Below are positions 8,582-18,304 of a stretch of DNA of 34,699 nucleotides, piece by piece. Each line of letters opens with the position of its first letter. Positions within the stretch are counted from its first letter, which is position 1. The stretch is from Candidatus Micrarchaeota archaeon (GTDB lineage Archaea > Micrarchaeota > Micrarchaeia > Micrarchaeales > CABMGC01), in assembly GCA_028866975.1 (NCBI GenBank), contig JAGWHG010000002.1:1-34699 (forward strand). The letters are read 5' to 3'. Made by a program: the position numbers and the translations under genes. Under the pieces are notes generated by a model that did not search any database, was not told where the DNA came from, and saw only the letters and a program-made list of their open reading frames with translations.

Positions 8582-8942
8582 TGGTCTCGCCGCATTCGAG
8601 TTCCTTTGTGTATTCTTTCCTCTCTGCTATTGCGCCATCCTTGTCGTATACGAAAAGTGTGGCCTTTATCGTGTATACGCTCGGATAGACGTCGTTTCGT
8701 GAATATATCTTGACCCTCTTCTCCTTTTGCGCCTCGACGCTTATTATCCCCACTAGGCTCTTTGCGGTCAGCAGGCTCTTGTCAGGGGCAAGAGAAAGCG
8801 GCATTGGCACCTCGTATACGCATTCCACCCAGTAGGGCTCCGTATCTGCCGTGCCGACTGCGATATTGAGCTCGAGTTCGTTGATGGTGAAAGCCTTTAT
8901 CTTGTCTGATGTCAGCGCAAGGGCGGCGTTTATCTCAGGCAT
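8556..8942 (-). CDS. Hypothetical protein (128 aa with proposed start; the ORF stays open to 9005, giving 149 aa)
   Basis: No family recognised. I prefer the ATG at 8942 (MPEINAAL...). The palindromic TATA box at 8965-8972 then sits about 26 nt upstream, in leaderless geometry. The 9005 start would leave only 3 nt to the divergent gene. Confidence 0.45.
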   Translation of the reverse strand: MPEINAALALTSDKIKAFTINELELNIAVGTADTEPYWVECVYEVPMPLSLAPDKSLLTAKSLVGIISVEAQKEKRVKIYSRNDVYPSVYTIKATLFVYDKDGAIAERKEYTKELECGETNAQILQNP

Positions 8943-8964
8943 AGGGGTATTGAGGGTAATAGGA

Positions 8965-8972
8965 TTTATATA
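8965..8972. promoter_or_regulatory. Palindromic TATA box (TTTATATA / TATATAAA); candidate bidirectional promoter
   Basis: It is centred about 26 nt from the ATG at 8942 (minus strand) and about 40 nt from the GTG at 9009 (plus strand). Confidence 0.4.
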
Positions 8973-9008
8973 GTTTAATCGGTCAAGGAATGGATTAAGC
9001 GACATCTA

Positions 9009-9482
9009 GTGATATTCGTGGAGCTAAACGAGGCATCGCTCATAGAATCTGAGATAATGCTCAGGAACCTTAGGCTTACAAACGAGGTTCTGGAGACAAA
9101 GAGGTCCATTGCAAGATGGCTTGCGCTCTCCCTTGGCGTGATAAACCCGGGCGAGTCGCGCCTTAGCGCGGTTGCGGTGCTCGATGCTCTGATAAACTTC
9201 CAGTTCGTCAAGGCGACTGATCCGAACTACGATGACCTGGCTAGGTACATAAACGACAACTGGGAGGCCATGAACGAAAAGACGCTGAGATACCACCTGC
9301 TCAAGCTAAAGAACATGGGGCTCATAGAGAACAGCAAGGGCAAGTTCTACTTCAAGCCCCCAAGCAAGGGCAACAAGTATGATGCGAGCGCCTGGGCATC
9401 GACACTCTTTGAGAACGAGCACAGGCAGATAGCCACCAAGATCGAGGATGTCATACGCGAACTAAAGAGCAAGGTGCAGTGA
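9009..9482 (+). CDS. Putative winged-helix DNA-binding protein
   Basis: 157 aa with a GTG start; the ATG at 9057 is an alternative. It has an ArsR-like recognition-helix/wing segment (NEKTLRYHLLKLKNMGLIENSKGKFYF). The family call is weak. Confidence 0.45.
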   Translation: MIFVELNEASLIESEIMLRNLRLTNEVLETKRSIARWLALSLGVINPGESRLSAVAVLDALINFQFVKATDPNYDDLARYINDNWEAMNEKTLRYHLLKLKNMGLIENSKGKFYFKPPSKGNKYDASAWASTLFENEHRQIATKIEDVIRELKSKVQ

Positions 9483-9486
9483 TTAG

Positions 9487-11121
9487 ATGAAGAACGAATG
9501 GATAATCTGGATATTACTGGTAGTCGTCATAGTGGCTGTGGCACTCTACTTTAGGCTGTATGGCAACCAGACCGTGTCTGTGTTCGTAGGGATCAATAGC
9601 AGCTACGTAACCGCAAACACGCTCTATCCGTTCCAGAAGGTGGTGCTGCCGATATCTGTAATGAACACAGGGGGCAGCAACATAGTGAGCATGCTCTTTT
9701 CGGTCTCGGCAAACGGCAATTTCAGCAACACCTACCAGTTAACCATACCGCCAGGCAAGATCGCAATATTGCATTACAACTTCACCCCATCTCTGCCAGG
9801 GACGTATAAGGTATCCGTAGTCGCAGATCCTGCGCACGTCTTTAGCATATCAGACATTGCCTCTGCAGGCAACAGCACCACTGTAACGATACAGCAGCCT
9901 GCAAATGCTGCGCCCTACACGCTCTTGCCAAAAGGAAATATAACAAGCTACCAGCTATCGAATAACAACAGGGCAGGACTTATCAGTTCGGATTACCTGG
10001 TGGGCACTTACAACCTCTACGGCTTTGCTTCCAGCGGCTTGAACAACGGCTTTATCGGCTCGATACTAAACATCTCGCAACAGTATGTGATGAATGTTTC
10101 ATCTGCAAGCGCAGACTATGGCAATGGGGGCTTTGCCTCTTCCACATGGATCAGGGGGTATGTCTCGCCGACAATAGTAGGCGTGGCTGCGCTTGGCAAG
10201 GGGTACAAAGTTACCAACTACACGATTGCGCAAAGGACCGTAACGCTTGCAGCGGTGCAGAATTCCACAACGCTGTGCAGCTGGTACGATTCGGGTTGGA
10301 CAAAGATAGTGATATACCATAACTCTTCATCATCGTGCCTTAGGATATACAACGGCACGATAAAGACGCTCAACGCAACTTTGGTGCAGCCAAACTCAAC
10401 GATGTATGGCAAAATGGCGCTGGCAAATGCAACGCAGCTTGGCAACTATACCTCATATTCGGGCAGCGGGACTGCGTACTCTAGAATGTTCCTGCTCGGC
10501 ACGCAGATAATTGCGCCAAAAGTGAGCACGGGCAACATCGGCTCGACCACATGCTTTGGAGTGCTCAGATCCGGCAATAAAACGAGCTATTGCAGCACCT
10601 ACCTTGTGCCTGCAAACGGCACGATTTCAGGCATTGGGCTTGTGCGCACAACATCTTACATAGGCAGGTACAACGTGAGCGTATTTTCGCTTGTCAACAA
10701 CTCGCAGCTTCTGTCTGCTGCGAATACCGCAGGTCAGCTGATAAGCGGCTTGGGCCTCAACGGCTCTTCTGCGTCCTTCTCAAACGGCTTTAGCAACACA
10801 TGCAGTTTTGGCAATGTGCTATCGTGCAGCAATGCGCAGTTCTACAACGGCACGCTGAGCCTGAAGATAACAAATGATTTGAATAGCACAATAAAGCTCA
10901 ATTCGCTGCTGTGCCACACGGCAGGCGCAGGCAACGTCACCAGGCTTTCCGACGCCTTGGCTCCTGGGAATTCTTTGAATGCGAGCACAAAGTGCTACAC
11001 CCTTGGTAGCGTGATAGAGGGCATACCGCTCAATCTCAAGCTCAACTTGGTGCTCAATTACACTGAATCGAATTCTATAAAGATGCTTAACGGGAATGCA
11101 ACTGTAAACATATTCTCGTAA
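9487..11121 (+). CDS. Membrane-anchored extracellular protein, Asn/Ser/Thr/Gly-rich with very many N-glycosylation sequons
   Basis: 544 aa with an N-terminal signal-anchor helix (WIIWILLVVVIVAVALYF). I hand-counted about 27 N-x-S/T sequons, and there are nine Cys. AAGGTG lies about 11 nt upstream of the ATG, and the gap to the upstream wHTH gene is 4 nt. Confidence 0.6.
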   Translation: MKNEWIIWILLVVVIVAVALYFRLYGNQTVSVFVGINSSYVTANTLYPFQKVVLPISVMNTGGSNIVSMLFSVSANGNFSNTYQLTIPPGKIAILHYNFTPSLPGTYKVSVVADPAHVFSISDIASAGNSTTVTIQQPANAAPYTLLPKGNITSYQLSNNNRAGLISSDYLVGTYNLYGFASSGLNNGFIGSILNISQQYVMNVSSASADYGNGGFASSTWIRGYVSPTIVGVAALGKGYKVTNYTIAQRTVTLAAVQNSTTLCSWYDSGWTKIVIYHNSSSSCLRIYNGTIKTLNATLVQPNSTMYGKMALANATQLGNYTSYSGSGTAYSRMFLLGTQIIAPKVSTGNIGSTTCFGVLRSGNKTSYCSTYLVPANGTISGIGLVRTTSYIGRYNVSVFSLVNNSQLLSAANTAGQLISGLGLNGSSASFSNGFSNTCSFGNVLSCSNAQFYNGTLSLKITNDLNSTIKLNSLLCHTAGAGNVTRLSDALAPGNSLNASTKCYTLGSVIEGIPLNLKLNLVLNYTESNSIKMLNGNATVNIFS

Positions 11122-11130
11122 AGTCCCAAC

Positions 11131-13908
11131 ATGAACGACGTTTACACCGCCTTCCTAGAGGAATTTGGAAGGCTCACTGCAATACAGGAAAAAGCCATAC
11201 CGATAGTTGAACGCGCAGACAACTGCCTGATAACTGCGCCGCCGGGCAGCGGCAAGACAGAGGCTGCGATCCTTCCGGTGCTTAAGCGGATTGTTGAGGA
11301 CAAGAACAGAAAAGGGGTTAGCGCGCTTTACATAACGCCGCTTCGGGCGCTGAACAGGGACCTTCTCAAGAGGCTTGACGCACTCTGTGGAAAGTTTGGG
11401 GTGCGAGTGGAGGTGAGGCACGGGGATACCCCCCAATCACAGAGGACAAAGCAGTCGAAAAATCCGCCGGACATACTCATAACGACGCCGGAGACGGTTC
11501 AGAGCATACTTATGACAAAGCTGCTTTATGGCGCACTAAAGAACCTCAAGTCTGTGATAGTCGACGAGGTACACGAACTCTACTATAACAAGCGGGGGGC
11601 GCAGTTCTCGATAGCAATGGAACGGCTTGTAGAGATTGCCGGCGAATTTCAGCGGGTTGGAATAAGCGCAACAATAGGCGATGCAGGCGAGGCGGCTTAC
11701 TTTTTGTGCGCAGGCAGGCCGTGCGACATAGCAGAGGCAAAGAACCTCAAGGAGTTTGCCATCAGCATCTCGATGCCCAGGTCGCCAAAGAAGGATTATG
11801 CAGCATACGCCGAAAAATTCTCGCTGGATGGCCAATCGCTTGCAAGGATAGAGCATATCGCAGAGAGGATTAAATCTTCCAGTGCTGCGCTGATCTTTGC
11901 GAACACCAGGCAGGTCGTGGAGTCGCTTGGCAACAAGCTGCTTGCGTTCGATAAAGTTGTCGATTTTGGCGGTATTGGGGTGCACCACAGCTCCCTAGAC
12001 AAGGAGGAGCGGGTAATGATTGAAAATTCCTTCAAGGAAGGCAGGATAAGGTCGATAATAGCAACAAGCTCGCTTGAATTGGGCATCGACATCGGCAATG
12101 TGGATTTTGTGGTTCAGTACGGCTCGCCTAGGCAAGTAACAAGAATGGTACAGAGAATGGGGAGAAGCGGGCATAGGGAAAGGCAAATCGCTCGCGGAGA
12201 GATAGTGGTTGCAAGCGCAATTGACGCTGTCGAGGCGGCGGCAATCATAGAGCTTGGCAGGGAAGGGGTCTTGGAGAGGCGCGCGGTGCAGGAGAATCCG
12301 CTCGACGTGCTGGCCAACCAGGCGAGCGCAATCGCGCTGGAGTACAAGGCCATAGATGCAGATCGGTTTTTTAGGATTGTCAGGCGCTCTGCGTGCTTTT
12401 CCAAATTAGAAAGGGCAGATTTTAATGCGTTGCTTGCTTTCGCTGCAGAGCAGCGGCTAATCAGATTCGATGGCAAGACGATATCTGTGGGGGGCAGGAC
12501 AAGGCGGTACATAATAGAAAAAATAAGCGTGATACCGGACTCGATTCGGTTCAGCGTGAAGAATGCTGCGACAAATAAAATAATCTCCAGCCTTGACGAG
12601 GGCTTTGTGTACAACAACATAGAGGAGGGCACCACCTTCGTAACGAAGGGGCTTGTCTGGAAAGTGGTAAGCATTGAGGAGAATGTGATTTTCGTTGAAC
12701 CCAGTGCAGAAATAGAGGCGTCGATACCGGACTGGGAAGGCGAGGACATACCGGTTTCGCACAAGGTCGCAAGCCGCGCATTTAGCTTCTTCGAAAGAAA
12801 GCGGCTTGCAAAACTAAGGGAGCTAGTTGATGCAAACTCCTACAACGCAGTTTCAACGATAGTGGAAGAGCAGAGCAAGTACTTTGCTGTTGAAGAGAAT
12901 GTGATTTTCGTTGAGGAAACTGACGAGCGCGCAGTCCTGTACACAGGGCTTGGAAAACTTGCCAACGATTTCTTCGCAAAGGTGGCTGGCGCCCTCATAT
13001 CGGCGGAGATAGGGCGGCACGTTCTGACCAAAGCGACTCCGTATGCGGTCATAGTAGAGTATGAGGGGGCTCAGAGGACGCCGAATCTTGCAAAAGTTGT
13101 CGACACATTCAAGCAGTACAACATCATCAAGCTGCTGCAGAGCAGCGACTTCGTTGCCGGGTTTGACATGTTCCGATACAAGTTCGTTCAGACGGCGAAG
13201 CTCTTTGGCATAATAGAGAGGAATGCAACGATAACTCGGAGCACGGCGATGAAGCTGATATCGTTCTACAAAGATTCCCCGGTGTTCTTAGAAACTGTTA
13301 GGGACCTTGTCAATAATTATTTCGACATAGAGAGCGTGCTTGGGCTGCAGAAAAAGCTGCGCGACAAAGAGATTAGGCTTGCGTTCTGCAAAAGCTATGG
13401 ATCTGCGATACTTAACGAGATGCTAAGGGCAGCGTACTTCTATCGGGAGCTGCTCAATCCCCTTGTCCCGTCGAGCACGGAGATTGAGGAGTTTGCTGCA
13501 GGACTTATGAAAAAGGAGGCAATGCTCGTGTGCACCTACTGCGGGTTCGAATTTGTAAGAAAGATTGGCGAGTTTAGGGAGCATGAGCGAATAAAGTGCC
13601 CAAATTGCAAGAGCCCGATGATAGCTGTGAACGCCGAAGGCTACAATGAAGTCATAGAGAAGCGCAAAGAGGGCGCAAGGCTGAGCAAATCAGAGCAGGA
13701 GACCTATACAGAGGCGATAAGCAGCGCCAGCCTTGTTGAGGCGTACGGCCTGCGTGCGCTTCTTGCGATGGCAACTTATGGCGTTGGGATAAAGACGGCC
13801 GCAAGAGTCCTAAAGCTCCTCAGAAAAGAGACCAATGCGTTCGTTGTAGACTTAATAAGTGCGCAAAAGCAGTTCATCAAGACGAAGAAATATTGGGCAG
13901 CAAGATGA
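11131..13908 (+). CDS. lhr: Lhr-family ATP-dependent DEAD/DEAH-box helicase (archaeal Lhr-core type) with C-terminal zinc ribbon
   Basis: 925 aa. Motifs seen: Walker A APPGSGKTEAA, DEVHEL, ISATIG, GVHHSSL, QRMGRSGHR. A C-terminal CTYCGF...CPNCKSP is also present. Confidence 0.85.
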   Translation: MNDVYTAFLEEFGRLTAIQEKAIPIVERADNCLITAPPGSGKTEAAILPVLKRIVEDKNRKGVSALYITPLRALNRDLLKRLDALCGKFGVRVEVRHGDTPQSQRTKQSKNPPDILITTPETVQSILMTKLLYGALKNLKSVIVDEVHELYYNKRGAQFSIAMERLVEIAGEFQRVGISATIGDAGEAAYFLCAGRPCDIAEAKNLKEFAISISMPRSPKKDYAAYAEKFSLDGQSLARIEHIAERIKSSSAALIFANTRQVVESLGNKLLAFDKVVDFGGIGVHHSSLDKEERVMIENSFKEGRIRSIIATSSLELGIDIGNVDFVVQYGSPRQVTRMVQRMGRSGHRERQIARGEIVVASAIDAVEAAAIIELGREGVLERRAVQENPLDVLANQASAIALEYKAIDADRFFRIVRRSACFSKLERADFNALLAFAAEQRLIRFDGKTISVGGRTRRYIIEKISVIPDSIRFSVKNAATNKIISSLDEGFVYNNIEEGTTFVTKGLVWKVVSIEENVIFVEPSAEIEASIPDWEGEDIPVSHKVASRAFSFFERKRLAKLRELVDANSYNAVSTIVEEQSKYFAVEENVIFVEETDERAVLYTGLGKLANDFFAKVAGALISAEIGRHVLTKATPYAVIVEYEGAQRTPNLAKVVDTFKQYNIIKLLQSSDFVAGFDMFRYKFVQTAKLFGIIERNATITRSTAMKLISFYKDSPVFLETVRDLVNNYFDIESVLGLQKKLRDKEIRLAFCKSYGSAILNEMLRAAYFYRELLNPLVPSSTEIEEFAAGLMKKEAMLVCTYCGFEFVRKIGEFREHERIKCPNCKSPMIAVNAEGYNEVIEKRKEGARLSKSEQETYTEAISSASLVEAYGLRALLAMATYGVGIKTAARVLKLLRKETNAFVVDLISAQKQFIKTKKYWAAR
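12679..12914 (+). repeat. Perfect 20-nt direct repeat inside lhr (copies at 12679-12698 and 12895-12914), 216 nt apart and in frame
   Basis: GAGAATGTGATTTTCGTTGA occurs twice. The match extends to 24 of 25 nt with the flanking TTGA. Both copies encode EENVIFVE. Confidence 0.9.
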
Positions 13909-16347
13909 TTATTGCGGCTGTGGCGTTGGCACTGGCTCTGCTTCATCGATTACTCTTGCGTCCACGACCTTTGCGCCAGGCTCCACCTTCATCAGGCGCA
14001 CTCCAGATGCTGCCCTGCCGGTTATCCTGATCTCATCGGCATTGAACTTTATCGTCACTCCTCTGGAATTTATCAGCAGGACCTTGGACTTGCCGTGGAC
14101 GAAGATCGATTTTGCTATGTCCCCGGTCTTTTGCGACACCTTTAGGTTTATGACCCCGCTTCCGCTCCTGCTCTGGTCTCGGTATTTTGTGATCTCTGTG
14201 AGTTTGCCGTAGCCTTTCTCCGTAACGGTGAGCAGATAGCCGCTCTCTTCTGCCGGAATTATGTCCTTTGCAACGTCCTCTGCGCCAAGCCGGATGCCGC
14301 GCACGCCCATTGCAGCCCTGCCGATCGGCCTGACATCGGCTTCCTCAAACTTTATCGCCTTGCCGCGCTTGGTCGAGATGACGATGTATTTTTGCGAGGT
14401 GTAAACCTGCGCGTCAGCGATAGTGTCGCTTGGATTGAGGCTTATTGCCCTAACTCCCGTGACCCTTGGCCTTGCAAACAGCTTGGCCACGGTTTTCTTT
14501 ATCAGGCCGTGAGTGGTAAGGAACACGATCTTCGACTTCTCAAAGTCCTTGATGCTAAAGAGCGTGACTATCTTCTCGTCCTTGAGGTTCAGCAGGTTTA
14601 CGATTGCCTTGCCCTCCGCGTACCTGCTCGCCTCAGGGACCCTATACGCCTTGAGCCAGTACGCCCTCCCTTTATCCGAAATGCAGAGGAGGAAGTCCTT
14701 GGTCTTGCATGAGACAATCTGCTTTACGAAATCGCCTTCCTTTAGGTTTATCGCAATGACCCCTCTGCCGCCGCGCGCCTGCTCTTTGTAGACTGCAAGC
14801 GGCATCCTCTTCACATAGCCGGTGTTGGTGAATATGACAGAGACTCTTTCCTCCTGTATGAGATCTTCATCGGTTATCTCGATGCCGGCATCGTGCTGCT
14901 GCAGCTCTGTCCTTCTCGGCCTGCCGTACTCCTTCTTTATCGCCTGCGTCTCATCCTTTATTATGCCGTCGATCTTCTTTGGATCTGCAAGGACCTCGGT
15001 GTAATACTTTATCTTTGCCTCTAGCTCCTTTCTTTCATCTGCAAGCGAGTTCGATTCGAGGTTTGTGAGCTTGCTGAGCCTCATGTCTAGTATTGCATTC
15101 GCCTGCTTTTCGCTGAGCGAGAAGTTCTTCATGAGCGCAGACCTTGCCGCCGCCAGTTCCTTGCTCTCCTTTATGGCCTTGACCACATCGTCTATGTTCT
15201 CTATGGCAGTTATGAGCCCCTGCACTATGTGGTGGCGGTCCTTTGCGATGTTTAACTCGAATGTGCTCCTCTTGCGCACCATATCGCGCCTGTGGTCGAT
15301 GAACGTTGTGATAAGCTGCAGTATGTTGAAGCTCTTGAGCCTGTTGCCTACGACCGCAAGGTTGATTATCGGGAATGTCGTCTCCAGCTGGGTGTGCTTG
15401 TAGAGCGAGTTGAGCATTACCTCGGGTTGCACGTCTCCTCTGAGCTCTATAACTACGCGTATGCCCTCCTTGTCGCTCTCATCTCGTATGTCGGTTATGC
15501 CGACAAGCTTCTTCTCTTTGACAAGCGAGGCGATCGTCTGGATGAGCGTCGATTTGTTGACGTTGTAAGGCAGCTCACTTATGATTATTGCGCCCTCCTT
15601 CTTGTCGATCTGTGTCTTTGCCCTTATCGTGACCTGCCCCCTTCCGTACCTATAGCCGTTTGTTGTGGTCTCCGAGATTAGTGCGATGCCGCCAGTTGGG
15701 AAGTCCGGGCCCTTTATTATGCCCAGAATGTCGTTTACGCTCGCTTCGGGGTTGTCCAGCGAATAAGCAACGGCGTCGCACACTTCATTGAGATTGTGTG
15801 GCGGAATGCTAGTTGCGACGCCCACTGCAATTCCGTATGAGCCGTTTACGAGCAGGTTCGGGACCTTTGCCGGAAGAATCTCTGGCTCTTGCTCCGTATT
15901 ATCGAAGTTCGGAATCATCTGGGCGGTTCCTTTTTCCAGATCCGCAATCATCTCTTCTGAGAATTTTGTCAGCCTCACCTCGGTGTATCGCATTGCTGCA
16001 GGGGGATCGCCGTCGACCGATCCGAAGTTTCCCTGGCCCTCTACAAACAGGTGGTTCATTGAGAAATCCTGCGCCATTCTGACTAGTGAATCATAAACCG
16101 CGATGTCTCCGTGAGGGTGGAACTTACCTATCACCTCTCCGACAATCCTCGCGCTCTTCTTTGTCGGCTGGCTGTGGACATTGTTGATGTTATACATCGC
16201 ATAGAGCACCCTCCTCTGAACGGGCTTGAGCCCGTCGCGCGCATCGGGTATTGCCCTGCCTATGATTACGCTCATCGCATAATCGATGTAGCTGGATTGG
16301 AGTTCGTCCTCTAATTTAACAGGATTGATTTTGCCCATTTTGACCAT
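13909..16347 (-). CDS. gyrA: DNA gyrase subunit A
   Basis: 812 aa with the conserved N-terminus ([24 protein letters not shown]), active-site region (AAMRYTE) and a GyrA-box-like QARGGRG in the C-terminal domain. Confidence 0.95.
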   Translation of the reverse strand: MVKMGKINPVKLEDELQSSYIDYAMSVIIGRAIPDARDGLKPVQRRVLYAMYNINNVHSQPTKKSARIVGEVIGKFHPHGDIAVYDSLVRMAQDFSMNHLFVEGQGNFGSVDGDPPAAMRYTEVRLTKFSEEMIADLEKGTAQMIPNFDNTEQEPEILPAKVPNLLVNGSYGIAVGVATSIPPHNLNEVCDAVAYSLDNPEASVNDILGIIKGPDFPTGGIALISETTTNGYRYGRGQVTIRAKTQIDKKEGAIIISELPYNVNKSTLIQTIASLVKEKKLVGITDIRDESDKEGIRVVIELRGDVQPEVMLNSLYKHTQLETTFPIINLAVVGNRLKSFNILQLITTFIDHRRDMVRKRSTFELNIAKDRHHIVQGLITAIENIDDVVKAIKESKELAAARSALMKNFSLSEKQANAILDMRLSKLTNLESNSLADERKELEAKIKYYTEVLADPKKIDGIIKDETQAIKKEYGRPRRTELQQHDAGIEITDEDLIQEERVSVIFTNTGYVKRMPLAVYKEQARGGRGVIAINLKEGDFVKQIVSCKTKDFLLCISDKGRAYWLKAYRVPEASRYAEGKAIVNLLNLKDEKIVTLFSIKDFEKSKIVFLTTHGLIKKTVAKLFARPRVTGVRAISLNPSDTIADAQVYTSQKYIVISTKRGKAIKFEEADVRPIGRAAMGVRGIRLGAEDVAKDIIPAEESGYLLTVTEKGYGKLTEITKYRDQSRSGSGVINLKVSQKTGDIAKSIFVHGKSKVLLINSRGVTIKFNADEIRITGRAASGVRLMKVEPGAKVVDARVIDEAEPVPTPQPQ

Positions 16348-18261
16348 CTATACGTCAAGGAACTTTACCTCTGTGGCGTGCTCTTCTAAGAACTTTCTCC
16401 TCTTTGCGACGTCCATGCCCATAAGTATTGTGAACAGCTCGTCTGCCTTGAGCGCATCTGAGATCTGTATCCGCTTTAAGACGCGGTTCTGTGGGTCCAT
16501 CGTGGTCTCCCAGAGCTGCTCTGGATTCATCTCGCCAAGACCCTTGTATCTCTGCACCGCTGCCTTGCCGTCGTACTGCTGCATTTTCGCATTCAGCTCT
16601 TGGTCGGAATAGCAGTATGTGACCTCCTTGCCCTTGGCGACCTTGTAGAGAGGGGGCTGGGCGATGTACACGTATCCGTTTTCCACCACAGGCTTGAGAT
16701 ACCTGTAGAGGAAAGTGAGCAGCAGCGTCCTTATGTGGCTGCCGTCCACATCGGCGTCGCTCATCAGAATTATCTTCTTGTAGCGTATCTTTTCTACGTT
16801 GAACGAATCCCTAATTCCGGTGCCGAACGCGGCTACCATCGTGTGTATCTCTGCATTGTCAAATATCTTCTCCGCGCTCGCCTTTTCGACGTTGAGTATC
16901 TTTCCCTTTAGTGGGAGGATCGCCTGGAACTTCTTGTCCCTGCCCTGCTTGCTAGAGCCCCCTGCGCTCTCCCCCTCCACTATGAATATCTCCGCCTTTT
17001 CGGGATCCCCTTCTATGCAATCGGCGAGCTTTCCGGGGAGAACTGCGCTTTCAAAAATGCTCCTCTTTCGGACCATCTCCTTTGCCTTCCTTGCGCTCTC
17101 TCTTGCAACTGCGGCATTGATTACTTTCTCGATTATTATCCTGCCTTCTGAGGGATGCTCCTCGAGGTACCTCGATAGGCTTGAATAGACCACGTTCTCC
17201 ACCGCACCCTTTACGTACGGGTTGCCGAGCTTCTCCTTTGTCTGGCCCTCGAATTCGGGGTTCTGCATCAGTATGTTTACTATGGCAGTGAGTCCTTCGC
17301 GCACATCATCGCCGCTTAGCTTCACATCCCTCTTCTCAAGCTGCCCGCTCTTGTTGGCATAGTTTATTATCGCCCTAGAAAAGCCGGACCTGAACCCTAT
17401 GACATGCGTGCCGCCTTCGGTTGTCCTTATGTTGTTGACAAAGGATTCGATGCGCTCATCGTATCCCTTATTGTATTGTATTGCGATTTCCACCGTCGCG
17501 TTGTCCTGCTGCTTTTTGAAGTGCATTACAGGGGTTATTGTTTCCACGCCCCCGTTGATGTAGCCCTCAAAATCAATGAGCCCTTTCTCGGAATAGAATT
17601 CCTTTGCTTCGCCGGCAGAAGACCGATTGTCGACCAGCCTGAGCCTGAGCCCAGGATTGAGGAATGATGTGTACATCAGCCTGTCGGTAAGATTGGTTGC
17701 ATCGAAAGCCGGGGTAACAAATATTTCCGGATCCGGCTTGAACTTTATCGATGTGCCGCGTTCCTTTGTCTCGCCCACCTGCCTAAGTTCCGAGGCGGTT
17801 GCGCCCTTTGCGAACGTCTGGAGATACTCCTTGCCCCCTTTCTTTATCCTCACCTCGGTGAATTCGGAGAGCGAGTTGATCACTGTGAGACCGACGCCGT
17901 GCAGCCCTCCTGCAGTCTTGTAGACATCGTTGTTGAATTTGCCGCCTGCGTGCAGAGACGTCATTATGACCTCGACTGCGGGCTTGTTGTACTTTGGCAT
18001 TATGTCGATCGGTATGCCCCTGCCGTCGTCAGATATCTCTGCGATCTCGCCAGTGCCGTTTGCCGACAGAGTGATTGTAATGTTCTTGCAGTGGCCAGCC
18101 ATTGCTTCGTCCACTGCGTTGTCTAGAGCCTCGAAAAGAAGGTGGAGCACTCCGCTAGGGCCTGTGGATCCGATGTACATTGCCGGCCTTTTTCTTACCC
18201 CCTGCGTCCCTTCGAGTACCACGATTTTCGATGCGTTATACTCATCTTGTAGCTCTTCCAT
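16348..18261 (-). CDS. gyrB: DNA gyrase subunit B
   Basis: 637 aa with GHKL ATPase motifs (LHLLFEALDNAVDE, GGLHGVG) and Toprim motifs (EIFIVEGESAGGS, MSDADVDGSHI). Its stop codon directly abuts the gyrA start. Confidence 0.95.
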   Translation of the reverse strand: MEELQDEYNASKIVVLEGTQGVRKRPAMYIGSTGPSGVLHLLFEALDNAVDEAMAGHCKNITITLSANGTGEIAEISDDGRGIPIDIMPKYNKPAVEVIMTSLHAGGKFNNDVYKTAGGLHGVGLTVINSLSEFTEVRIKKGGKEYLQTFAKGATASELRQVGETKERGTSIKFKPDPEIFVTPAFDATNLTDRLMYTSFLNPGLRLRLVDNRSSAGEAKEFYSEKGLIDFEGYINGGVETITPVMHFKKQQDNATVEIAIQYNKGYDERIESFVNNIRTTEGGTHVIGFRSGFSRAIINYANKSGQLEKRDVKLSGDDVREGLTAIVNILMQNPEFEGQTKEKLGNPYVKGAVENVVYSSLSRYLEEHPSEGRIIIEKVINAAVARESARKAKEMVRKRSIFESAVLPGKLADCIEGDPEKAEIFIVEGESAGGSSKQGRDKKFQAILPLKGKILNVEKASAEKIFDNAEIHTMVAAFGTGIRDSFNVEKIRYKKIILMSDADVDGSHIRTLLLTFLYRYLKPVVENGYVYIAQPPLYKVAKGKEVTYCYSDQELNAKMQQYDGKAAVQRYKGLGEMNPEQLWETTMDPQNRVLKRIQISDALKADELFTILMGMDVAKRRKFLEEHATEVKFLDV

Positions 18262-18304
18262 AGAATCTGGCCCGGTACTCCCGACTATTACTTGCGATTT
18301 AATA

